64,000 nucleotides of DNA from the NCBI GenBank assembly GCA_951406725.2, contig OX597821.1, forward strand, positions 113,708,001 through 113,772,000, in the 5' to 3' direction. A model generated the notes under the pieces. The model was not told where the DNA came from. It did not search any database and saw nothing but the letters and a program-made list of their open reading frames with translations. The DNA is from Octopus vulgaris (taxonomy: Eukaryota). Positions 13,099 through 26,336 of this stretch are shown here, piece by piece. Position 1 is the first letter of the stretch. Every line of letters begins with the position of its first letter. The position numbers and the translations under genes were made by a program.

Positions 13099-13209
13099 CT
13101 GCAGATAAACAGGTTCGAAATCTTGACTTAAAATTACAGCAGGTGAGAAAATTAAAGCAGATAAAACAACGAGTCGGATTAATTCTCCATTTGGTATAGT
13201 CACAGACAT
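13036..13209 (-). CDS. Possible alternative first coding exon of the collagen (signal-peptide-like N-terminus fused to Gly-X-Y)
   Basis: ATG at 13209 opens MSVTIPNGELIRLVVLSALIFSPAVILSQDFEPVYLQ in frame with GDPGER..., ending at the same GT donor; contains an Arg followed by a ~15-residue hydrophobic core. Confidence 0.5.
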
Positions 13210-14950
13210 AATGTTGGTGTGTCCTAAACTGTACAATTTTGACTTATGTCGAGAAATATAATTTGGTAATTCAACTTTTCCTCGACGTTGTTGTTAGCAG
13301 CACGTCTGCTGTTTAGTTGGTTGCAGGGTGGCATACACCAACGGAGCTGGTCGCCAGAAAACGCTCGCTCGCATAAGTCCTCCTAGAAATGGCTTTCTTT
13401 TAGCTTTCTTTTCTTTTCTTTCTTTCTTTCTTTTTTTTTTTTTTTTTTTTTACTGCTACGAAGAGTTAGAGAAAGAATGTGGGGGAGGGAGAAGACAGTG
13501 GAAGTGTGGAGGGAGGGGGAAGGACGGGTGTTGGGAGGGTGAGGGGTTTGTTTTGGTAATCTGGCAGTGAAAGAACGAGAGAGCAAAAGAGAGGAAGAAG
13601 AAGAGAAATGAGGAGGAGGAGAAGGAGGAGCAGGAGGAGCAGGAGGAGGAGGAGTTGTAACGATAACGAGAGGGGAAAGATGGGGGAAGGGAGATGTAAG
13701 GATAATGAAAGAAAGAAAGAAAGAAAGAAAGAAAAAAGAAAAAGAACGGAGATGTAAAGATGATGAGAGACAGAGAGAGAAGAAAGAGAGCGGGGATGTG
13801 AGGTTAATGAGAGAGAAAGAGGGAGAGAGATAAAGAGAGTGAAAGAGAGAGAACGAAAGAGGAGTGGGGTGGAATTGTGGGAGGGAAGGAGTTACAGAAT
13901 AAGACGAGAAATTGGTGTAAAAGAATTAGTACTGAAGTTTACAGAAAGACAAAATATTTTTTTTATATGAAAATGGAAAAAAATATAATTAAAAGATTCA
14001 AGGAAAAGAGTGAGTATTTGAATTTAAACGAATGTAAATTTTTTTCTCTTTTTTTGCTTATAATTTTGATTTTCAATTTAACTTGCAAAAGAAAAAAATC
14101 TGTAGAAACAAACGAAAAAAAACCAACCCCTAAACCTGTTTCTCTCCGCCTTTATTCATTTTCTATTCATTGTGTGAACCTCTCCCTCTCTCTCTGTTTC
14201 ACCCCCCTCTCTCTGTTTCACTCCCCCTCTCTTTCTTAATATATAATAACAACTGTATTTTTGGTCAAACTGAAATGTTTGTTGCTGAGATAGCGAAGTG
14301 GTTGCTTCTTAAGTTGTTTAAAAAATATAAAACAATAATAGCGCATTGTTTCGTTTCGCTGAATGATGATGTTTTTCTTTTTTCGCAAAGTTGTCATATT
14401 AATAATAAAAATAATCCTTCCTACTATAGGCACAAGACCAGCAAAATCAAGGGAGGGGAGAGGAGGGGATAAGATTACATCGACCCCAGTGCTCGACTGG
14501 TACTCATTTTATCGACGCCAAAAGGATAAAATCGACCTCAGCGGAATTTGAACTCAGAATGTAAATACGGACGAAATGCCGCTAAGCATGTCGCCCGGCG
14601 TGCAAACGATTCTGCCGGCTCGCTGCCTTAACAAGAAAAAGAATAACAATGATAATAAGTAAAAATGAAATAAAATAAAGCAAAGTTTCTTTATGATTTT
14701 AATGCTTGGCAGGAACAACGACCGCTGTTATCTGTAAACTTTACCGAAATTCTTAATTTTCTTCTTCCCACCCAAAAGAATTCCTCGCCTTTCCTGGTTC
14801 ATGCTAAGCATGCGTTCACACGAAACCCATCACTTCGTTGTGCGTGCGTGCGTGCGTATGTTCATGCGCGTGTGAGTAGAATGCGCCGGAACGAACACAC
14901 AAACACACGCATTCTTTAGAGAGCGAGCTAGGGCTTAGCCGTGGGGAGTG

Positions 14951-15279
14951 AGGGCGCGTGGCTTAGTGGTTAGGGCATTCGGCTCATGATCGTAAGGTTG
15001 TGAGTTCGATTCCCGGCGACGCGTTGTGTCCTTGAGCAAGACACTTTATTTCACGTTGCTCCAGTCCACTCAGCTGGCAAAAATGAGTTGTACTTGTATT
15101 TCAAAGGGTCAGCCTTGTCACTCTCTGTGTCACGCTGATTATCCCCGAGAACTACGTTAAGGGTACACGTGTCTGTGGAATGCTCAGCCATTTGCACGTT
15201 AATTTCACGAGCAAGCTGTTCCGTTGATCGTATCAGCTGGGACCCTCGTCGTCGTAACCGGCGGAGTCTTTTTTTTTTT
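14951..15279 (+). mobile_element. tRNA-derived SINE with CORE-like middle
   Basis: A box tggcttagtgg, B box gagttcgattcc, tgtgtccttgagcaagacactt segment, a tail shared with 39495-39680, then an oligo-T run. Confidence 0.8.
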
Positions 15280-15890
15280 AGCCGTGGGGATAACACAGCA
15301 GACGACAAATGAAGGGGGACTCGATTAAGTTCGCCTCCCCTTCGTGACGTCCATTTGTTCACCTAGGATTATAAACCGAAATGTTATCACCATGAAACTT
15401 GTTGCAATGTTGTGAAAGAAACGTGGTAAAGACGACAATCTCTTTCCGTTACTCAATACGAAGCTGGAGGTATATAAGTACACATTAGGGCCCCACCATA
15501 CTTGCTTCTGCATAATTTTCTGATATGATGCCTATTTTCTTCAAATTTTACAGGGATGCGTTTTCGAAGGTGTGCATTACGATTATATCTCTATATTTTA
15601 CTTGTTTCAGTCATTAGACTGCGGCTATGCTTGGGCACTGCTTTGAAGGGCTTCAGACAAACCCGTCGATCTTGGTGCTATGTTTTATTTCAAAAGTTAC
15701 ATACTTATTCTGTCGGTCTGTATTGTCGAACCGCTAATGTTATGAGAACGTAAACAAACCAGCACCGGTTGTCAAGCATTGGCGTGTGTGGAGGGTTAAG
15801 CATAGGGACAAGGACACGTACGCATAAGCATACACACACACACAGATAAATAGACAGACAGACAGACAGACAAACTGACAGATAGATAGG

Positions 15891-15930
<40 letters not shown>

Positions 15931-16702
15931 AAAATTGATAAACAGGCAGACACACACACACAGACAGGCAGACAGAGGGATGGATTGATGAAAGTATAGA
16001 TAGATACACAGGTAAAGATGACAGTTTTCCCCGCAACGTTTTTGTCTATCAAATTCACTTGTGATTGGTCGTCCCAGGGCTATAATAGAAGACACTTGCC
16101 TAAGGTGCCACACAGTGGGACTGAACCCAGAACCATGTGGTTGGGAAGCAAATTTCTAACCACACAGTCACGCCTACATCCACCCATCCATACATCCATA
16201 GATACATCTTTCATCTCTTTCACTTGTTTCAGTCAATTAGACTGCGGCCATGCTGGGGTACCGCCTTGAATTTTTTTGTTTAGTCGAATGACCTAACTAT
16301 CCAGTACCTAATTATTAAAAGAAAAAAAAAATTGGAGTTAATTCTATCGGCCGCTTTCCCGAACTGCTAAGTTACGGGGACGTAAACACGCCAACACCGT
16401 TTGTCACGCTTTGGTGGGGAACACCGGCACAAAGACACACACACACACACACACACAATTCTTGTATTCTTTTACTTGTTTCAGTCATTTGAATGCGGCC
16501 ATGCTGGAGCATCGCCTTTTGTCGAGCAAATTGACCCCAGGACTTATTCTTTTTTTTAGCTAGTACTTATTCTATCGGACTCTTTTGCCGAAACGCTAAG
16601 TTACGGGGGACGTAGTAAACACACCAACATCGGTTGACAAGTGATGGTGGGGATACAGACTCAGACACACAAGTACATACATACATACATACATACACAC
16701 AC

Positions 16703-16749
<47 letters not shown>

Positions 16750-17497
16750 CCTGCTCGCTTAACCAGCGGGGTGGCGTCATTTGAAGGCTAAAGCAATGCG
16801 AAGCGCATTGTGACCAGCGATGTGTTGCAACATATGATAGCCTGGTCGGTCACGGTGATCACGTTGATATATATATATATATATATATATATACACGACA
16901 GGTTTCTTTCACTTTCCATTTACTTAATCCACTCACAGGGCTTTGGTCGGCACGAGGCTATTGTAGAAGACACTTGCCCAAGGTGCCAGGCAGTGGGACC
17001 GAACCTGGAACTATGTGGTTGGGAAACAAACTTCTTACCATACAGCTACGCCTGCGCCTATACATTAGCTATATTTTGCAGAAATACATTTTCGAGGTTG
17101 GTCTTTCAAACACATGCATATAAGAAAAACAAAAAAGGGATGCAAAAAAAAAAAAAATGGAAGGTTGAACGTCAGGCAACGATGGTGGGAGGAAGGAAGG
17201 AAGAACGATCCGTGACCCATCCGAAAAAATTTGTTTTGTAAGTTTTATGAATGTTAATGTAATCTAGATTCTCGAAAACTACCGAAATGCCATTCACTCT
17301 TTTACTTGTTTCAGCCCTTGAAGGGTTTTGGTAGAAAGAAATCGATCTCAGGACTTATCATTTTAAGCGTAGTGCTTATTCTATCGTTCCCTTTTGCTGA
17401 ACCGCTGAATTACGAAGACGTAAACACAGCACCACCAGTTATCAAGCGGTGACGGGGGGGGGGACAAACACAGACAAAAAGACACATACACATAGAT

Positions 17498-17531
<34 letters not shown>

Positions 17532-18941
17532 GTATACGACGGGCTTCTTTCTGTTTCCGCCTACCAAATTCACTCACAAGGCTTTGGTCAGCCAGAAGCT
17601 ATAGTAGAAGACACTTGCCCAAAGTGCCACGCAGTGGGACTGAACCTGAAACCATCGGTTCAGAAGCAAGCTTCTTACCACACAGCAAAATGTTCTTTAA
17701 AAATATAAATTTTAAAGAGAATTATAATAAGTTCTGTCTCGAGTTGTTCGATACATAAGACCGGTCACTCGGTGTCCATGGTGTCTTGACCGAGACGAGA
17801 TCACAATGCCCTCCCTCAGAATGGGCGGCTAGTGGTCGCAGAGTTACTCAGTCATAGCCGAGTGGACCGGAAGATTGTAAAATGAAGTGGTTTGCTTAAT
17901 AACATAACGCATAGCCAGGTTCGGGAATCGAACCCACGATCTAGCGATCGTGAATGCAACGCCTTAGCAAACAGAATTACGAGGAAACAAAATCGAGAGC
18001 GGGAAGTTGCGAATGATCAAAAACTTGTTAAAGACAGAAACAAAAGCATAAAGCCTATCAATATAATTCGTAATCTTCATTTACGTATCTCTTTAAAATT
18101 TCATTTATGAAAATGCATGTATTAGAAAGTTATGACAAAGCAAGTCGAGGTGGGGCACCAAAGTGTAGTTATGCCACTAAAGAGCTCCTACCTTTTAATG
18201 TTATTCAGACAACTCGGAGTATATTGATAGGAGTGGAGAGGGGAGGGGAGAGAAATAATCAATCAATGATCTGATTAGTCTTATATCTCATCGCATCGAT
18301 GAGATTGGAGATCGAAATCTTTTCTTGGTTGTCCTGTGGGTAGCTTCCCTTGACCCCTCGACACATCATCAAGAGAGGGTCGTTACCAGGTGTTTTCCCC
18401 TCTTAATCCAACGCTACCCGTCATTAAATCCCCTTTATCTAATTTATCTATCTCATTATCAATACAAAAAGCACCCCCCACACACATATGCACACACAGC
18501 CACACACCCCCACACACGCACACACATGCACACACATGCACACACACACACGCACACACACACACACACACGTACACACAGCCACACCCACATACAATCA
18601 CCAAATGCAAGTAATTAAATCACGATCTAGCTTTGTGTGTGTGTATAATTACTTACTGTCTGTCTGTTTGTCTGTATCTCTCTCTCTCTCCCTCTCACAC
18701 AAACACACACACACATTCTTTTATCCTTTTCTTTGTTTCAGTCATTTGACTGCAGCCATGCTGGAGCACCGCTTTTTAGTAGAGCAAATCGACCCCAGAA
18801 CTTTGTAAGCCTAGTACTTATTCTATCGGTTATCTTTTTGCCGAACCGCTAGATTACGGGGACATAAATACACCAGCATCGGTTGTCAAGCGATGTTGGT
18901 GGGTGGGAGGGTGAGACAGACACACAAACACCCACACACAA

Positions 18942-18989
<48 letters not shown>

Positions 18990-19108
18990 CGGGGTTCTTT
19001 CTTTCGTTCAAGGCTTTTGTCGACCCGAGGCTATAGCTAGAAGACACTTGCCCAAGATGCCACGCAGTGGGACTGAACCCCAAGCTACTTACTACACAGC
19101 CACTCCTT

Positions 19109-19167
<59 letters not shown>

Positions 19168-19171
<4 letters not shown>

Positions 19172-20119
19172 GAAGGGCGAAAATGCTACTTTTTAAAAAT
19201 TAGATTCATTTAAATTTCTCTATATAAAGACATTTAAAAAACGTTTTTGTTTTACATGTTTCGGTTGTTTATAAACTTTATCAAACATATTTACTTAAAT
19301 GAAATATGTAGAGAAAAATAATTAATAAAGTTATTAATAAAATAAATGTTCATAGTGTACTTTCTTTTTCCTGCAAGGGAACGCATTAGGGAGGAAATGC
19401 ATTTCATAAAGTATCGAATCTAAATTCTTTAAGCTCGAAACACTGAAACTATATGTATATGATTTATAAGAAATAAAGATCAGAGGTTGAATAAATCCAT
19501 TTCTGTGAAGACCTCAGGGGAGATAACTTTACGACGAGTATTATTGCTGACGCTGCAGTTGCTGTTGCTTTTGAACAAACGGTCTTCGTCCCAGAGCTCG
19601 CAAGATGAGAGAAGTCCGAAACGTGGTCCTTTGCTATTCGTAAGACCCGCTGAAGAGAAAGCGGGTCAATCCCCGACACCGAGAGCATCGATGGATGGAT
19701 GAATGCGCATCCAGGCTCAGCGGTTGCGTAGGAAGTCGGGGACATGAAACAGGAAGAAAGAATGAAAGTTAGGGCGAAAGAGTACAACAGGGGTCGCCAC
19801 CACCCCCTGTCGGGGCCTCGTGGAGCTTTAGGTGTTTTCACTCAATAAACACACACAACGCCCGGTCTGGGAATCGAAACCGCGATCCTCCGACTGCGAG
19901 TCCGCTGCCCTAACCATTATCTCTTAAATACAGAAAGTGTACTTGAACGTTTGTTTTATTAATAATTTTTTTCACTATATATTTCATTTAAGTAAATATT
20001 TTTGATAAGGTTTATAAACAACCGAAACATGCATAACAAAAACCTTTTTTTAATGTATTTATATAAAGAAATTTAAATGTACCTAATTTTTAAAAAGTAG
20101 CATTTTCGTCCTTTTTTCA
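19168..20119. repeat. About 160-bp inverted repeats (19168-19330 / 19955-20119) enclosing a SINE
   Basis: cgaaaatgctactttttaaaaattag / ctaatttttaaaaagtagcattttcg and catgtttcggttgtttataaac / gtttataaacaaccgaaacatg. Confidence 0.85.
19550..19916 (-). mobile_element. tRNA-derived SINE with the same head as 39495-39877 but a different tail
   Basis: Head and body are near identical to 39720-39860; the tail is unrelated and ends in AGCAAC repeats. Confidence 0.75.
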
Positions 20120-20553
20120 TAAATATCTACTTGTGCGTTACCTCTACATTTTTAAATAAATATATATATATGTTTGTGTGTATGTATATTCCAAGAAAGT
20201 TAGAAGTTGTGAATCCAACCAACTAAGGGATAATATCAATCCAATGTACTGCTGGTAGACTACCCAATTATTAATACACAAGTGTTTTTTTATTGCATTG
20301 AAATTACATTACCGAGTGTAATAAATGGGTGAGGGTAAAGAGTTAATTTGCCTTTAATTTATAGAGCAATAAGAAAATGGAGGGGATCAACTTTTAGACA
20401 TTATATTACTTCATTTTATTTATATATTTATTTACTAAATTGACAATTACAAGAATATACATACATATATAACGTATGCTTTACATATAAAATATATAAA
20501 GATATCAATAATTATTAAAATATATAACATACAGGAATAGAAATTGGGATAAT

Positions 20554-20677
20554 ATCTTACAGCTGTTTCAGCCAAGAGGTAAAAATACCTCATTCTACCT
20601 TTATCCCTCCAGTAGACTGAAGTAATTAGTAGATGAAATTGAGGTATTTGGATGTTTCTCTAGGCTTCGTCAGAGAT
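20554..20677 (-). ncRNA. Minimal type-I hammerhead ribozyme motif with extended stem II
   Basis: AUCU-CUGACGA-AGCC...GGCU-GAAA-CAGCUG-UA|AGAU. Stem II also contains AGAG/CUCU and a 10-bp AAAUACCUCA/UGAGGUAUUU helix. Confidence 0.75.
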
Positions 20678-21226
20678 TTTAGAAAGTACATAAGGTTAAG
20701 TTATAGATATAAATACACACACATATACATACAAACAGAAATTGCTGGCCTTGTGTCAAAGTTAGAAATCACTATTTATATCTACACTTAAAACAGCGAG
20801 CTGGTCGAGTCGTTAGTCCGTCGGGCAAAATTGCTTAGCAGCATTTCGTCCGGCTCTACGTTCCGAGTTCAAATGTCGCCGAGGTTGTCTTTGCCTTTCG
20901 TCCCTTTCGGGGTTGATAAAATAAGTACCAGGTAAGCTCTGGGGTGGATGTAACCGACTTACCCCGCTCCTCTGCAAAATTACTGGCTTGTGCCAAAATC
21001 GGAAACCACTATTTATATTTGCACTACATTTCGATCGGTTTCGATTTCGATGGTCGTCGCGTGTCTTATTATTCCTTGATATTTATAGAATTGATTTTTA
21101 TGGAATATTTCGATTCGGTTCTTTTGCTTTTCTGAATTATTACTGTGATCTCTGCGTCAAGAAAACTTATCTATGCAGTGTTGAGCTAACCATTCAGACC
21201 ATCGCTACTACTACTACTACTACCCA

Positions 21227-21577
21227 TTTCTCCTCTTCTCCTCCTTTCCTCCTCCTTCCTCTCTTCCTCCTCCTCTTTATTTTTCCTCCTCTCCTCCCCT
21301 CCTCCGCCTTCTTCTGCTTCCTCTCTTCCTCCTCCTCTTTCTTTTTCCTCCCCTCCTTCTGCTTCCTCTCCTCCTCCTCCCCCTCTTCTTCTTCTTCCTC
21401 CTCCTTCTCCTCCTTCTTCTTCTTCTTCTTCTTCTTCCTCTCCTCCTCCTCCTTTTCATTCTTTTTCTGTTTCCTCTCTTCCTCCTCCTCATTCTTTTTC
21501 CTCTCCTCCCTCTCCTCTTCCTCTTCATTCTTCTGTTTCCTCTCTTCCGCTCCCTCCCCTCCTCCCCTTCTCCTCCT
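21227..21577. repeat. Polypyrimidine (TCC/TTC)n low-complexity tract
   Basis: Direct reading. Confidence 0.9.
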
Positions 21578-24348
21578 CACAGGTGTCGGCGATCATGGAC
21601 CTCGGCCCTTTCCTGTCCCCCACAAAAATTATTGGGTGACTCTTTCTGCTCAAACCATCAATTATCTTCTCTCTCTCTCTCTCTCTCTCTATTTATTTAT
21701 CTATCTATCTCTTTGCCTCACTTTCTCTCCACCCCTCTGTATCTCTCTCCCTCCTCTCTCTCTCTCGTCCTCTATTCTCTCTCTTCCCTGACATTTACTC
21801 TCTTTCAGTTTTCTACTTGCCGCTAAATGTTCAACATGTTGTCTCCCACGCTTTCCAGTGAATTTGCCCATTTGCCACCGCCTTCATATGTCGTTCAGCA
21901 CATTTCTGCTGGTATCTGCTCGTCTAAGAACTTTACCGTTCGTCACTCTATCTACGTCACGTATCAAACTTACGCGACATCTCAAAGAACACCATCCTTC
22001 CACACAGTCAAGCGCACTGCAATACTCTCCTAATTGTTGGGGCAAATGTCTGGCAATGCCAAACAGAATTTAATACATCTTATATTTGTCGGTGACTTTC
22101 TAAAGTAATTCTTCCAGTATTGTGAACCTCACTGTTCCTCTCGAATATAACGTGTCAGGGTTGGTCTACAGATCAAAAAGATTGCACAGCGTAATTATGT
22201 AACTTCATTTTTGTTTTCGTTATCAATAATTAAACGTGGAGGAAGAGCACCAGGTTTATGGTCGCCGAAGCTTCTTCGAGACAACTGGGATCGCTCGCTT
22301 TTTGGTGTAGCACTTGTTATAGTTACAAGTTGTTGGTTAAAGGAGAGAAATCTTGGACAGAAAGGGAATTCCAGCAGAATGACGTTCTAGGAAGAAAGAA
22401 CTGTGTATATTGGTTATTGCGGCGCCCGGGTTGAGGTAGTGGTGGTAGGGTTTGATATAGGAGACGGATGGAAGAGACGTGAGTAGATCGGTGGTGTATG
22501 AGTAGAGGTGGTTGATTATTAAACAGATGTGAGGAACAAAGATCATTGTATCAGGAATAGACAAAGTAAAGTGAGATAGACAACATGTCTGTGGGTCAGG
22601 AATTGAAGTGGATTGGTGAGCGAATTCATGACAATTATTTCAGATGTTTATTTTATTTATGTATTTTGACGCAGTCTAGGATTGCGTGACCAAGTGGTTA
22701 GGTTCTTGCATTCACGATCACAGTTTCAATTCCTGGAGCTGGCAGCGAGTTGTGTTCACGAGCAAAACATTTCATTTCATGTTGTTCCAATCTGCTCCGC
22801 TGCAAATAAGTAACCTTGCGTTGCACTGCCGTCTCGTTCAGGTGTAATGTTGAGATCGGCCCTATGAGTCCCATGAATCATGACAATAATCTTTTCTACT
22901 CTAGGCACAAGGCCCGAAATTTTTTGGGGGTGGCCAGTCAATTAGATCGACCCCAGTACGCAACTGATACTTAATTTATCGACCCCGAAGGGATGAATGG
23001 CAAAGTCGACCTCGGCGGAATTTGAACTCAGAACGTAGAGACAGACGAAATACCACAAAGCATTCCGCCCGGCGTGCTAACGTTTCTGCCAGCACACCGC
23101 CCTGTGTCATGACAATAACGTCTAAGGTTCGATAACAAATCTAGGATGTCTGCGTCTATCTGCAGTAGTACCGCACCAGATATGGAAACAGGGATCCATT
23201 TGCCTCTTTTTTGTGTATTCGAGGTTGAATTCGAGATTTCTCGCGCATGAGTTTGTGACTAGAATATTTCTTATTGTATTCTATAGACAATTGTAAGATT
23301 GGACTTTAATAATCTGATTATCAGCATTTTTATTCATTTAGTCTACATGTCAATTAAATCAAGATTAGCGACAGTAACTGGCATGATCGATCCCCAAAGT
23401 ATCAAAATTAACACAAAAGAGGATTTACATATCCACGAACATAGAGGTTTCTCTGTGCTCGCACGATCTTTCGATGTAACGAGTAAATATGCTTACAAGC
23501 TTCTGTAATTTATCTGCCTATTGTATGTCATGCTGAGGATTTCAAAAAAGAATAAAATGGTGCTATACACGGTGATCTATGACTAGAAAATTTAAGATCT
23601 TCGTAATGAGTAAAGAAAAAGTATTAAAAAGTGCCTCGTTTTTCGTTGCTCATCGATTTTGAATCGATGAGCAACGAAAAACGACCAGTCTATAAAGTCT
23701 AGAAATGATTATCTCCTTCACAATAACTGACGCCAAGGCAGATCAGCATATCACGTGTTCAAATTAAAATAATATGCTTCCCAATAGAGAAGTGAATCTC
23801 ACTAAATACTGAACAGATTGGGTGAGAATAGAAATGATATTTCTATCAACCAACCCATCCATTTTCGCTGCTCACAATCCCTAGGAGATTCATGGGGTTT
23901 GATACTTCCAGAGGGAATCACCCTTATCAGAAGCAACCGTCTTTACTCTTTCTTTTTGGATATTTAGGTTTTCAAATTCCGCTTGCCACTGTAACGAAAT
24001 TTCCTCCACACCGTTGTCCTGATTTCACAACTTGCAAAAATCTATCGTTTGTTAGAACATGGAATTCATCCGGTTAGCTAACACACAGTTAATCAAAGTA
24101 TGATGTCTGTGACACATTCAGATAAACGGTACCGCTCGGCGACCCATTCTCAATTGCAGGGTTTCAACTTGCGACGTGTCAGGTCTCCTAAGTGAGTTGA
24201 CTTCTTTCAGTAATTAGCTGTCATACATCAGTTTATGTGTTGTTCCTACCGTACTAATTACAAGGCGTAATGTCGTTGATATGATATCAGAGCTTATACG
24301 AACCAGAAAAGAAAATGATTTAAGGGACATGGAAGAAAATAAAAGATC

Positions 24349-24411
<63 letters not shown>

Positions 24412-25982
24412 ATTTTGACTGACAGATATTGGTAAATACTGAAGCAGAAACTTAGATAATGAGAAATAGACGGGAAACTAGAACATTTTTTGGTAATCAT
24501 TTAAAAAAAAATAATTTACGGTCACCAAATGTGGGTATAATTTATATACTTCCTGCAAATGTTTTAACTTTGAAAATCCAAAATACAAAATAAACAAACT
24601 CGTTTTTGTCAAATCTTAATTAATTATACACATGGAAGGAAGGAATCTGATGTTTTTTTCTTTCATTTAAATGAAAAATAGAGGAAATATGGAAGAGTTT
24701 TTAGGGTATTGAAGTTTTGTTCTTTGAACGAAAATAAAATAGGGAAAGGTTATAAAATGTTTTGGAGTTATATCTTGTCTCTAAACTTTAGTTGGTTGAA
24801 TCTAAGGTGTAATGCTTCAAAATGACCCCAATTCAACAGAACCAGATGTCTTCAGTCTAAGAAAAGAGAAACATGTGTTTATTCGTATTGACAATACCCA
24901 ACAAAGAACCAGAACAATCATTAAAGCCATTAGCAAGAGATGGGCGTGATCCAAAGATCTCTCGTCTTTCATGGAGGGTGGAGTAAGAACGGTTCATAAA
25001 GTATTATATTTGATGAAAAAAATAAGAAAGAAAGAAAGAAAAAGAAGGAAAGGAAGGGAAAGAAAATGGGCTTGGTATTATAAAGTATGTAGTATTTGAT
25101 ATTAAACCAAAAGACTGAAGATAATACCATGTCTGAGTTTCTTTGTAGGAAACACTTACTGAATGTATATAAATATTTTGTTTATTGTTGTAGTGAAATT
25201 CGCTGCAACGTCTACAAAATGATGCCTGATTGATCCCGAATACTAATTGGTATTAAGGTCAAAACATAGTGTTTGTGTTCGTTTGAATATTCTATCTGTA
25301 GTTAAGAGTTTTCTTGATGGATATCTACACTATGAAAATGTTTAATTTTAACAACTTCACAACAGTTAAATGATACAGAATCCGGGTTTTGTAAGGTCTA
25401 TGTAATTTTATTTCAGAGTAACATTTCTGGTATTAAGCAAACTTTAGAAATTGTGTTTACACCAAACGTTTCTCTGGGCAGCGTTTTTCAGTCTCTTAAC
25501 TTCCTGCTTTTTGCAAACTACCACGTCACCAAAATCTGGCATACTATTATAGTCTAACAGAAGATAATCTTGACTATTAGTTTATTATTCCATCCAATAT
25601 GTATCTATTACATATTTGCATGGACTGGTGCCACTCAATGTTAAAATTTTATTGAAATTACCAAAGAAAGCGAGGAATTAAAAATAAAATTATGTTACAG
25701 ACTTCGTTAGATTACAGCTGTCTTTGCCATGAGATACAATACACCCATAGTCGAATGCTTGTGTATCACTCTTTAGCTTCATAGGAGCTTAAAAATGAAA
25801 TACAATTTTATTTGGGATTTATATGTACGCATATGTCTATATAAGTATGTATAGTGTATAAAGGATCGTGGGTAAGACCAAAACAACGCTTCATAGTAAC
25901 TAATCCATTATAAGTATGTATATATATGTTTCGTTTTTGGATTTGGTTTACAAGATTCTTTATGTGAGTTCGTGTGTTGGAG

Positions 25983-26220
25983 CATATTCTGTTGTGTCTG
26001 GGGAGAGCCAGTCTCTTTTAGTACCTTATAATTTAACACATTCACCGGTAAAATTTCCACTCATTTATATATTTTTCTAAAATTTTCGTTGCGTCTTGCA
26101 ATCTTTTCAACGAAAATTTGAGAAAAATAAATAAGTAAATGAGTGGAAATTTTGCCGGTGAGTGTGTTAAATTATAAGCCGCTAAAAGAGAAAGACTCTC
26201 CCCCGACACAACAGAATATG
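25983..26220. repeat. Imperfect inverted repeat, about 105-bp arms
   Basis: catattctgttgtgtc...aattttcgttg / caacgaaaatt...gacacaacagaatatg. Confidence 0.85.
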
Positions 26221-26271
26221 TATACATAAATATCTATGTGTGTGTGTGTGTGTGTGTATCTATCTATCTAT

Positions 26272-26336
<65 letters not shown>

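Noticed and set aside
18383-18420. Minus-strand GSVGLRGEN, three Gly-X-Y triplets
   Set aside because: No AG acceptor before the first Gly and no GT donor in phase; probably chance.
20988-21791. 267-aa ORF
   Set aside because: Open only because of the polypyrimidine low-complexity tract.
22200-22620. Possible decayed Penelope RT on the minus strand (TNIH..FFLERH)
   Set aside because: Motif match is too weak to call.
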